Below are positions 41,516 to 50,862 of a DNA stretch of 64,000 bases, piece after piece. The position numbers and the translations under genes are program-made. The DNA is taken from assembly GCA_944386415.1 (NCBI GenBank), contig CALXAY010000007.1, positions 167 through 64,166 on the forward strand, read 5' to 3'. Each line of letters opens with the position of its first letter. Position 1 is the first letter of the stretch. The notes beneath the pieces are model-generated. The model searched no databases. It was not told the origin of the DNA and was given only the letters and a program-made list of their open reading frames with translations. Source of the stretch: an uncultured Clostridia bacterium (GTDB lineage: Bacteria > Bacillota > Clostridia > TANB77 > CAG-508).

Positions 41516-41686
41516 ATGGAATATAATGAAAATAGAGGTGGTAAAAAAACACCTCATAAAAAACAATTTAGCTTTAATTCTTGTACTAAAAACACAATAA
41601 AATCTCTAAGAGAAGTAGAATATTTTTTAAATAATTTAAGAAATTTTACTCGTTGTATGCATTTATACAAATTCTTTAAGAAGTAA
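41516..41686 (+). CDS. Small basic hypothetical protein (56 aa), not in the ORF track
   Basis: GGAGG RBS; MEYNENRGGKKTPHKKQFSFNSCTKNTIKSLREVEYFLNNLRNFTRCMHLYKFFKK. Confidence 0.6.
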   Translation: MEYNENRGGKKTPHKKQFSFNSCTKNTIKSLREVEYFLNNLRNFTRCMHLYKFFKK

Positions 41687-42233
41687 GTTCTTGAACAGTG
41701 TATATTTCACCAAATTCTTCATTTTCATTTCCATCTATTAATATTTTTAGACTATTTACTTCGTTTAACTGAGTTAATGTATTTACTATAGAATTTATTA
41801 AATTCTTTTTTGTTTTTTCATCTGTTTTATCATAATTTAAAAAATCAGATGAAAAATCTAACGTTAGACAATCTCCATCTAACTGCGAACTTAATAATTT
41901 TGTGTTTTCTGGAATAATCTTTACTTTCCCTTCATCTTTTGGTCCTTGTATTAGTAAATTAACCATTTTCTCATATGGCTTTTCTAGTATTTCTTTTATA
42001 TCTATTAATCTTGCTTCTGGCTCTAATTCATTTGTTTCTTTATTTGGAAAATATAAACTTACAATTGTTTGTCTCAATTGATCTTCTGAAATTTCTTCTT
42101 CTGGCGTATATTCTTCTACTATTGTTTGATCTTTTACATTAACTTTTTTTAGGTAATTAATTAAAAAATAGCCTCCAATTATTAAAATAATAAATAAAAT
42201 TAGAAAAATTATAATTATTTTTTTATTTTTCAT
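41676..42233 (-). CDS. GerMN domain protein
   Basis: N-terminal TM; SLYF, LIQGP, LDFS, SIVNTLTQ and ILIDG motifs. Confidence 0.88.
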   Translation of the reverse strand: MKNKKIIIIFLILFIILIIGGYFLINYLKKVNVKDQTIVEEYTPEEEISEDQLRQTIVSLYFPNKETNELEPEARLIDIKEILEKPYEKMVNLLIQGPKDEGKVKIIPENTKLLSSQLDGDCLTLDFSSDFLNYDKTDEKTKKNLINSIVNTLTQLNEVNSLKILIDGNENEEFGEIYTVQELTS

Positions 42234-42449
42234 TTTTTCTCCCTCTTTCTTTCTATTTTTATATTCAATATTATTATTTGTTTGTCCTTTTTAGAACTTG
42301 AAAATAATCTGTTTTTGAAAATACTGCTTTTTCCTTTGTCTTAAAAGTAATGTAAATTACATTTTTTTCCATTTGACAAAATGGCTATTTCCGTATAAAA
42401 TTAAGGTGTTTCAAAGTATATTTTTATAGACAGAAAGGAAGATTTTGTC

Positions 42450-45400
42450 ATGAATAATGAATTGTTACATGTAGGTTTAGATGTAGGTTCTACAACTGTA
42501 AAGATTATCGTTATGGATAAGAACTTAAATACTATATATAAAAATTATATGAGACACTTTTCAGATACAAAAAATACTGTATGTAGTGTCTTAGAAGATT
42601 TATTATTAAAATACCCAAATAATACATTTACACTAGCTTTAACAGGTTCTGGTGCTATGTCTGCTGCTAAATTTTTAGGAGTAGACTTTATTCAAGAAGT
42701 TGTTTCTTGTAAAAGAGCTGTTGAAAAATACATTCCAAGAACTGATGTTGTAATTGAGCTTGGTGGTGAAGATGCTAAAATTATCTATTTTGACCAATCT
42801 ATTGAGCAACGTATGAATGGTACTTGTGCTGGTGGTACTGGTGCATTTTTAGATCAGATGGCGTCTTTACTTCATACAGATACTCAAGGATTAAATGAAC
42901 TTGCCAAAAATTATAAAACTATTTATCCTATCGCATCTCGTTGTGGAGTTTTCGCTAAAACTGATATTCAACCTTTAATTAATGAAGGTGCTGCAAAAGA
43001 AGATATTTCTGCATCTATTTTTCAAGCTGTTGTAAATCAAACTATTAGTGGCTTAGCTTGTGGAAGGCCTATTAGAGGCAATGTTGCCTTCTTAGGCGGA
43101 CCACTTAATTATTTATCAGAACTTCGTAAAAGATTTATTGAAACATTACATTTAAAAGATGATGAAATTATAGTACCCAAAGAAGCTCATCTTTTGGTTG
43201 CAAAGGGTGCTGCTTTAGATTCTATAAATACAGAAAGCATTACACCAGACCAGCTTGCTAAAAAAATTGAAAATTTAAAAGTATCTCATGATAATACTTC
43301 AAAACCTTTAGATCCTTTATTTAAAAATAATGACGAATATAAAGCTTTTAAAGAAAGACATGATAAAAATAAAGTAGAAAGAGGAGACCTTAGTTCATAT
43401 GAAGGTGATTGCTTCCTTGGAATTGATGCTGGGTCTACTACAACAAAACTAGTACTAGTCGATAGAGACGGAAAGCTTCTTTATTCTTTATATGGAAGTA
43501 ATGAAGGAAATCCTCTAAAAAGTGTTATGAATATGCTAAAAAAACTTTACCATGAATTACCAAAAAAAGCTATTTTAAGATATAGCGGTGTTACAGGATA
43601 TGGTGAAAGTTTAATACAAACAGCTTTAAATGTTGACCTAAATGAAATAGAAACAATTGCACATTATACAGCTGCAAAAGAATTTGAACCTGATGTTACA
43701 AGTATTGTTGACATTGGTGGGCAAGATATGAAGTACATAAAAATGAAGAATGGTTCAATCGACAACATTATGCTAAATGAAGCTTGCTCTTCAGGATGTG
43801 GTTCTTTTATAGAAACTTTTGCTAAGAGTTTAAATATAGAAATCTCAGAATTTGTAAAAGAAGCAATCACATCAAAAACCCCTGTTGACTTAGGCTCTAG
43901 ATGTACAGTGTTTATGAACTCTAAGATAAAACAGGCTCAAAAAGAAGGATATTCTGTTGGAGACATTTCTGCAGGACTTTCATATTCTGTTATTAAAAAT
44001 GCTATACAAAAAGTTATGAAAGTAAGAGATGTAGAAACATTAGGAGACCATATAGTTGTACAAGGTGGAACTTTTTATAATGATGCTGTTCTTCGTGCTT
44101 TTGAACTAATTGTTGGTAAAAATGTTATAAGACCAGATATCGCAGGACTTATGGGTGCATATGGTATGGCTTTACTGTCAAAAGAACAATATGAAGCAAA
44201 CCTTGATATGGAATACAAATCTACTATTTTAAAAGAAGATGAATTAGACAAACTAGAAATTAAAGTTACACATACTCGTTGTGGTATTTGTGAAAACCAT
44301 TGTAAATTAACTATAAATAAATTTAGTAATGGTCAAATACATGTGTCTGGTAACCGCTGTGAAAGAGGTTCTGGAGCAATTACAAAAAAGAAAGACTTAC
44401 CTAATTTAGTACAGTATAAATATCAAAGACTATTTGATTATACTCCTCTAGAAGAACAATATGCTACAAGAGGAACAATAGGTATCCCTAGAGTTTTAAA
44501 TATGTATGAGGATTATCCTTTCTGGTTTACTTTCTTAACTAACTTAGGGTTTAGAGTAATTATTTCAGAAAAAAGTACCAGAGCTACTTATGAAAAAGGT
44601 ATGGAATCAATGCCTTCTGAATCTGTTTGCTATCCTGCAAAACTTTCTCATGGACATATTGAAAGTTTATTAGAACAGGGGATAAAAACAATATTCTATC
44701 CATGTATACCATATTCTAGGAAAGAATATGAAAAAGCAGATAACCATTATAACTGCCCTATTGTCATTTCTTATTCAGAGGTATTAAAAAATAACGTAGA
44801 AGACCTAAAAGCTCCTGGAATTAAATTTATTAACCCATTTCTTCCTCTTGATAAGAAAAATTTAGTTAAGAAAATATTAGAATTAGATGAATTTAAAGAA
44901 TATAATTTCACAAAAGCTGAATTAAATGAAGCAGCAGATAAAGCAGAAGCAGAATATCAAAAATGTAAAGAAGATATTAGAAGAAAAGGTCTTGAGACTG
45001 TTAAATACATTGAAGAAAATAATCTTAAAGGTATTGTCTTAGCAGGTAGACCATATCATGTAGACCCTGAAATTAATCATGGCATTGATACTTTAATTAC
45101 ATCTCTTGGTTTATGTGTTTTAACAGAAGATAGTGTTTCTGATAAAACAGAAGCAAAAAGGCCTTTAAGAGTTGTCGACCAATGGGTATTCCATGCAAGA
45201 TTATATGCTGCAGCTGATTTTGTTGGAAAACACGACTGTCTAGAATTAGTACAATTAAATTCATTTGGTTGTGGTGTAGATGCTGTAACAACTGACCAAG
45301 TAGAAGAAATTCTATCTAGCTATGGTAAAATGTATACTCTAATTAAAATAGATGAAGTAAATAACTTAGGAGCTGTACGTATTCGTATTCGTTCATTACT

Positions 45401-46775
45401 TGCTAGTATGAAAAAACGTGAACAAGAAAAAATAGAACAAAAAGCTGATGGTGACTACGGAATTAATAAAAAGATATTTACTAAAGAAATGAAAAAGAAT
45501 TACACTATTTTATTCCCACAAATGGCACCTATTCACTTTGAACTCTTAGAAACAGCTGCTAGAGCTTGTGGATATAATATAGAACTTTTAAGAAATTGTA
45601 CTCAAAAAACGGTTGATACTGGTCTTAAATATGTAAATAACGATGCTTGTTATCCATCTATATTAGTTACTGGTCAAATGATTGAAGCCTTGCAATCTGG
45701 AAAATACGATGTAAATAAAACTGCTTTAATTATTTCACAAACTGGTGGTGGTTGTAGAGCTACAAATTACATTGGTTTCATTAGAAAAGCTCTAAAAGAT
45801 GCTGGATTTGAAAATGTTCCAGTAATATCTTTAAACTTTGTTGGTATGGAAAAAATGCCAGGATTTAAGTTAACAGTTCCTCTTATTGAAAGATTATTTA
45901 AAACTGTTATTTATGCTGATCTTTTACAAAAAATGCTAACAAAAAATAGAGCTTATGAAGTAAATAAAGGAGAATCTCAAGCTTTATTTGATACTTGGAT
46001 GGAAAAATGTAAAAAATTACTTACAAAATCAACTAATAAAGAGTTTAAACAAAGTATTTATGACATTGTTAATGATTTTGAAAAGATAGAATTAGATACA
46101 TCTGTTGAAAAACCTAAAGTTGGTATTGTTGGTGAAGTTTTAATTAAGTATCATCCATTTGGAAATAACTATGTTGCAAATATCCTAGAAAAAGAAGGTG
46201 CAGAAGTGGTACTTCCTGACTTTATGGGATTTGCAAAATTTATGGCAACACATAAAATTACATTCAATAAGTTATTAAATACAAATAAAACTTCATCTAA
46301 AATTAGCAAAGTTGCTATTAAATTAATTGATATTTTAGAAAAAGATGTAAAAATTGCTTTAGCAAATTCTAAGAAAGGTTATCTTCCTCCATGTGATATC
46401 TGGCATCTAGAAGATAAAGTAAGAGACATTTTATCTATTGGAAATCAAACTGGTGAAGGTTGGTTTTTAACTGCTGAAATGATTGAATATATTGAACATG
46501 ATATCCCAAATATTGTATGTGTTCAGCCATTTGCATGTCTTCCTAATCATGTTGTTGGAAAAGGCGTTATTAAAACTATTAGAAGTAAATTTCCAGAGGC
46601 TAATATTTCTCCTATTGATTATGATCCAGGTGCTAGTGAAGCTAACCAGACTAATAGAATTAAGCTTCTTATGACTGTTGCTAAAGATAATCTAAAAGCT
46701 AAACAAAATAGAAAAAAAGCCATTGATAATGAGAATGAAGAAAAAAATAAAAATGAAGCTTATAAAATAAAATAG
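42450..46775 (+). CDS. Fused 2-hydroxyacyl-CoA dehydratase activator / CoA-substrate-specific enzyme activase
   Basis: Two ASKHA domains (GLDVGSTT and GIDAGSTT; CAGGTG and CSSGCG) plus DUF2229-like C-terminal regions. Confidence 0.9.
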   Translation: MNNELLHVGLDVGSTTVKIIVMDKNLNTIYKNYMRHFSDTKNTVCSVLEDLLLKYPNNTFTLALTGSGAMSAAKFLGVDFIQEVVSCKRAVEKYIPRTDVVIELGGEDAKIIYFDQSIEQRMNGTCAGGTGAFLDQMASLLHTDTQGLNELAKNYKTIYPIASRCGVFAKTDIQPLINEGAAKEDISASIFQAVVNQTISGLACGRPIRGNVAFLGGPLNYLSELRKRFIETLHLKDDEIIVPKEAHLLVAKGAALDSINTESITPDQLAKKIENLKVSHDNTSKPLDPLFKNNDEYKAFKERHDKNKVERGDLSSYEGDCFLGIDAGSTTTKLVLVDRDGKLLYSLYGSNEGNPLKSVMNMLKKLYHELPKKAILRYSGVTGYGESLIQTALNVDLNEIETIAHYTAAKEFEPDVTSIVDIGGQDMKYIKMKNGSIDNIMLNEACSSGCGSFIETFAKSLNIEISEFVKEAITSKTPVDLGSRCTVFMNSKIKQAQKEGYSVGDISAGLSYSVIKNAIQKVMKVRDVETLGDHIVVQGGTFYNDAVLRAFELIVGKNVIRPDIAGLMGAYGMALLSKEQYEANLDMEYKSTILKEDELDKLEIKVTHTRCGICENHCKLTINKFSNGQIHVSGNRCERGSGAITKKKDLPNLVQYKYQRLFDYTPLEEQYATRGTIGIPRVLNMYEDYPFWFTFLTNLGFRVIISEKSTRATYEKGMESMPSESVCYPAKLSHGHIESLLEQGIKTIFYPCIPYSRKEYEKADNHYNCPIVISYSEVLKNNVEDLKAPGIKFINPFLPLDKKNLVKKILELDEFKEYNFTKAELNEAADKAEAEYQKCKEDIRRKGLETVKYIEENNLKGIVLAGRPYHVDPEINHGIDTLITSLGLCVLTEDSVSDKTEAKRPLRVVDQWVFHARLYAAADFVGKHDCLELVQLNSFGCGVDAVTTDQVEEILSSYGKMYTLIKIDEVNNLGAVRIRIRSLLASMKKREQEKIEQKADGDYGINKKIFTKEMKKNYTILFPQMAPIHFELLETAARACGYNIELLRNCTQKTVDTGLKYVNNDACYPSILVTGQMIEALQSGKYDVNKTALIISQTGGGCRATNYIGFIRKALKDAGFENVPVISLNFVGMEKMPGFKLTVPLIERLFKTVIYADLLQKMLTKNRAYEVNKGESQALFDTWMEKCKKLLTKSTNKEFKQSIYDIVNDFEKIELDTSVEKPKVGIVGEVLIKYHPFGNNYVANILEKEGAEVVLPDFMGFAKFMATHKITFNKLLNTNKTSSKISKVAIKLIDILEKDVKIALANSKKGYLPPCDIWHLEDKVRDILSIGNQTGEGWFLTAEMIEYIEHDIPNIVCVQPFACLPNHVVGKGVIKTIRSKFPEANISPIDYDPGASEANQTNRIKLLMTVAKDNLKAKQNRKKAIDNENEEKNKNEAYKIK

Positions 46776-46970
46776 ACAAGCATTTGCTTGTCTATTTTAT
46801 TTAAAATTGGTATTATTTCTAAAACAAACGTTTTTATTTATCGTGCTATAGTTGTTTTTGTCTACTTTTGCTGTTTACTATTTTCTTTTTGACATAAAAT
46901 TCCAAAAATGTTATAATATAATTAGATACCAAATGGTATAGTATTATCAATCCCAAACAAGGAGAAGAAC

Positions 46971-47228
46971 ATGGAAAAGTTTCTGGAAGTCATCTCGAAC
47001 ATTTTCTACAAGGCTTTTATTGTTGCTCTCGTGATTTTTTGCTCTGGTATTTTCTTTTTTATCAGTAGCAATCTCATCGAGATGTTTCAATTCCTGTTCC
47101 CGATTCAAATTCTTTACTCTATCTTGAATTTGGGTGTAGCAGAAGGGTTGCCCATAGGTACAGTGTTGTGGTTTCTTATTTGCTGTGGTATTGTCATTCT
47201 TTTCTACATCTACTATCGGGACAATTAG
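46971..47228 (+). CDS. Orphan small membrane protein
   Basis: TTGACA-17-TATAAT promoter, AAGGAG RBS, hydrophobic 85 aa; in-frame CGG near the end. Confidence 0.6.
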   Translation: MEKFLEVISNIFYKAFIVALVIFCSGIFFFISSNLIEMFQFLFPIQILYSILNLGVAEGLPIGTVLWFLICCGIVILFYIYYRDN

Positions 47229-47387
47229 AATCAGTAACTTCTGGTTTTAATACCTTCTCTTCTGACATTCTACTTGTCAGTAAAGCAGAAATTCTGCAAA
47301 GAATTTCTGCTTTATTTATTTTGTTCTTGAATCCTTCTTCTTTTTATGCTATATTTAATTTATAAAAATTTAAAGGAGAATGCTTTA

Positions 47388-48026
47388 ATGAATTATTATA
47401 AAATTTTAGAAGTTGATAAAGATGCTTCACCTGAAGTTATAGAAAAAGCATACAAGACATTAGTTAAAAAATATCATCCAGACTTACAAGAATCAAATAT
47501 GAGAGAAAAATCAGAAGGAAGAATAAAATTAATTAACGAAGCTTATGAAGTTCTTTCAAATCCTGTTTCTAGGTCTAAATATGATTTAACATTAAAACAA
47601 TCTGAAATATCACAAGAAGATTATAATAAGTTATCTGAAGAAAATATTTCTTTACATAAGGAAATTAATAATTTAAAACAAAAATCAAATTTTCAATATA
47701 CCCAAAATGATTTTCAGTTTACTGCTAACAATCACTCTCAGCAACCAAATTATAATGAAGAATATAGAAAACAATTAGAATATGAAAACGAAATTTTGCA
47801 AGCAAAAGAAAAAGCTTATCATGATGCATACATTCAAGATTTAAAAAATAGAGGCTATAAGATAAGATATAAAAAAACTCCTAAAGATTATTTTAAAAAT
47901 CTTATTGCCTTTATCCTTACTTTACTAATTTTATTTTTACTACTACAAATACCTTTTATAAATAATTTTTTTAAATCATTATTTAGTGAAAATCCAATAA
48001 TAAGAGCCTTTTTAAATATATTTTAA
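47388..48026 (+). CDS. J-domain protein with C-terminal TM
   Basis: YYKILEV...KYHPD; hydrophobic C-terminus. Confidence 0.85.
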   Translation: MNYYKILEVDKDASPEVIEKAYKTLVKKYHPDLQESNMREKSEGRIKLINEAYEVLSNPVSRSKYDLTLKQSEISQEDYNKLSEENISLHKEINNLKQKSNFQYTQNDFQFTANNHSQQPNYNEEYRKQLEYENEILQAKEKAYHDAYIQDLKNRGYKIRYKKTPKDYFKNLIAFILTLLILFLLLQIPFINNFFKSLFSENPIIRAFLNIF

Positions 48027-48055
48027 AACTCCTTTCATTTTTTAGAAAGGAGTTT

Positions 48056-49678
48056 TCATATAATTTTATTAAATAGCACATCTGCTTTCCTTTTGACAAA
48101 TTCATTCAAAACAACAAATGAAATTATAAATATTACCATTTCTACTAATAATGCTAATGTAACATTCGTATCTTTAAATATTTTTGATAAATACATATAT
48201 ATAAGTATCATTATAATAGTTAAAGCATATTGAAATGATTTATTATCATTTCTTTTTACTACAGAATGTTCAGAATTCCAATTCAAATATGGTTTTCTTA
48301 AATCAACAATAATCATTAAATAACTATTTATTAAATTTATGAATATTGATATTATAAATATTAGCCCTATATTTATTAATCCTATTTTTGGAATATATAT
48401 ATTTATAATTCCTAATAATATTATAGATACAATAGTATTTAACAAAATTTGCAGTATATTTTTATATAAAAATTGCCTATAATAGCTAATTGGTATATAT
48501 TTCATGAATATTGCGTTTTTTCCCTCTCTAGATATTGCAGTAAGCGATAAACTTGATAGAGAAAATATTACTTGTAAAAAACCTAATATAATACATATCA
48601 TTTCACTATTAAATTCCATCGAATATAGACTTTGTTTTATCGTCTCATCACTATTCTGAATTGCTGAATCTATAACTGGTATCATTACATTTGCTAGCAT
48701 TACTACAGTTATTAGAATCATAATTACAGGAAATATTGTTTGCATAAAAAATATAGGATTTTTAAATAACATTTTAAATTCCTTTTTTATATATGCTTTT
48801 TTTATACTAATTTTTCTATTTTTTATTTCAATTGGTCTTTTTTCTGCAAATTTTAAATTTCTTTTTGACGTATTTAATGTTTTTAATAGTATCCTTAGAT
48901 ATATTTTTTTTCCTATCAATATAAATAATCCCAATAAAAATACATCTAAAATAAATAAAATTATTAAGTATTTACATTTTTCTATTATATTTGTCCCTGT
49001 TAATATTTTTACTATAGCAAAAATGAAAAAATTCTGCTCTTGTAAATTACTAATATCTCCTAATAAAATATTTTCTGCCACTAATAATAAACCTATTAAT
49101 AAAATACTAGTTAAATTTTGTAAAAAAGTCCTGTTTTTTATAAATGATAATATTTTAATAAATATTAATGCGAATATCCCTATTGTTGCAATAAATAATA
49201 TTGGTAATAAAATTAGTACTAATAAAATAAATATAAAATATCCAAAATTAGTATAATTTAGAAATCCGTATAATATAAGCGGTACCAATCCAAATATTAT
49301 TTCAGTGATATATGCCATTATTAATACTGTATTAAATTTTGAAATTAAAATTTCTTTTGTTTTTACTGGTAATGGTAATATTAATTCTAAATCCTTTGAA
49401 AAAAAGAAGATGTTTATTATTACTATGGTTATTTGAAACATTAATAATATTGCTAAAAATATCATATAAAAGTTTATAAATATTTCTGGCTTTCCCAATG
49501 ATTTGCAAAACTTTATTGCTTCATAACTCACATATACTATTGTAATGGAAACAATTACTAACATCCAAAAATATATTGATTTGATATTTAACTTTTTTGT
49601 TTCTTTACTTACTAAATTTGTACTTTGATAAAAATCTTTTACAAATATTTTTGTCAAAGCTTTTATTTTACTAAACAT
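48056..49678 (-). CDS. ABC-2-like multi-TM permease
   Basis: Many TM segments; DLELILPLPV, KKEFKMLFKNP, AISREG and DLRKPYLNW motifs. Confidence 0.75.
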   Translation of the reverse strand: MFSKIKALTKIFVKDFYQSTNLVSKETKKLNIKSIYFWMLVIVSITIVYVSYEAIKFCKSLGKPEIFINFYMIFLAILLMFQITIVIINIFFFSKDLELILPLPVKTKEILISKFNTVLIMAYITEIIFGLVPLILYGFLNYTNFGYFIFILLVLILLPILFIATIGIFALIFIKILSFIKNRTFLQNLTSILLIGLLLVAENILLGDISNLQEQNFFIFAIVKILTGTNIIEKCKYLIILFILDVFLLGLFILIGKKIYLRILLKTLNTSKRNLKFAEKRPIEIKNRKISIKKAYIKKEFKMLFKNPIFFMQTIFPVIMILITVVMLANVMIPVIDSAIQNSDETIKQSLYSMEFNSEMICIILGFLQVIFSLSSLSLTAISREGKNAIFMKYIPISYYRQFLYKNILQILLNTIVSIILLGIINIYIPKIGLINIGLIFIISIFINLINSYLMIIVDLRKPYLNWNSEHSVVKRNDNKSFQYALTIIMILIYMYLSKIFKDTNVTLALLVEMVIFIISFVVLNEFVKRKADVLFNKII

Positions 49679-49692
49679 CTTCTTCTCCTATT

Positions 49693-50850
49693 TTATTCCA
49701 AACTAAATGACATTACGAAATCTGTTCCTTCTCTTAATTGCATAATAATTGTTAAATTCTTTGATTCAGCTGCACTTCCTACACCACTTTTTATCTTTGT
49801 TGTATATATATATGTGCTACCTTCATTATCAATATCTATATTTCCTGTAGTATTTAAATTGTAATCAAAAAAATTTTCATTAACATATTCTTTAAATTTA
49901 TCTAAAGTATCAAAATTATTATTTCTAAAAGTTCCATCTAATAATTCATATGCATGAGAATAATCTTTTGTGTTTATCATTTGTAAGAATATATATACAT
50001 TTGCTTGTATCTTTTGACTTGTATCTAATTTACTATAATCCTCTTCATATGTATCTACTTTAATTGTATAATTATCTAACAATATTGTATAATCCCATAT
50101 TCCATTAGTTCTAATAGTATATGAATTATTATAATTATCAACTAATATATATTCTGTATAATTTTCTTTAATTTCTACGTCATATTTTAATAATGATGAA
50201 TATTGTATTCTATTTCTCAAACTGTTTACATATTCTTGAAAATCTGTATATGTAGGAAATCTTTCTTTTCTATATTCTTCATCAAGCAACTCATATGCTT
50301 CTTCTGGGTTATTCAATTCTTTTTGTTTAAAATCTTCTAAATATCTTCTACACATATTTTCATCACTAACAGCTTCGTATTTAAAAGAATTATTTTCATT
50401 ACTTGTTATATTTGCTTCATTATCCTCTAGTTTTATCTCGTCTAAACTATTATACTTTCCATCTTCTATCTCTTCTATTTTAAATGCCATATTTCGCATA
50501 TCTACTCTTACTATAAAATACTTTGTAGTATTATTTAGTATTCCTTCTACTGAATAAGTCATGACATTATTTCCTTGTAAATAATTCATTCTTTTGGCTA
50601 CAAAATTTTCGTCTATATTATTTTTTATACACTCCTCTACTGAAAAAAATTCAGTTGGTTCTCTTAATTCTTTTTGACTATATTCTAAATCCATTTCTGG
50701 TTCTGGAACAGTTTCTACTGTTCCAGAACTTTTTTCAATTAATGTTCCTGCCTCTTTTTTTGTGTTTACTAACATTATTGATATAATTATTATTACTATT
50801 ATTACCAAAATAATAGATATAGCAATTATTATTTTTTTGTTTCTACTCAT
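49693..50850 (-). CDS. Membrane-anchored protein with two NTF2-like repeats (VirB8/TcpC-like)
   Basis: N-terminal TM; internal repeat AYELLDxxxR..F.T..xFxEYV; lies in the T4SS operon. Confidence 0.55.
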   Translation of the reverse strand: MSRNKKIIIAISIILVIIVIIIISIMLVNTKKEAGTLIEKSSGTVETVPEPEMDLEYSQKELREPTEFFSVEECIKNNIDENFVAKRMNYLQGNNVMTYSVEGILNNTTKYFIVRVDMRNMAFKIEEIEDGKYNSLDEIKLEDNEANITSNENNSFKYEAVSDENMCRRYLEDFKQKELNNPEEAYELLDEEYRKERFPTYTDFQEYVNSLRNRIQYSSLLKYDVEIKENYTEYILVDNYNNSYTIRTNGIWDYTILLDNYTIKVDTYEEDYSKLDTSQKIQANVYIFLQMINTKDYSHAYELLDGTFRNNNFDTLDKFKEYVNENFFDYNLNTTGNIDIDNEGSTYIYTTKIKSGVGSAAESKNLTIIMQLREGTDFVMSFSLE

Positions 50851-50862
50851 AGGCTCCTCCTT

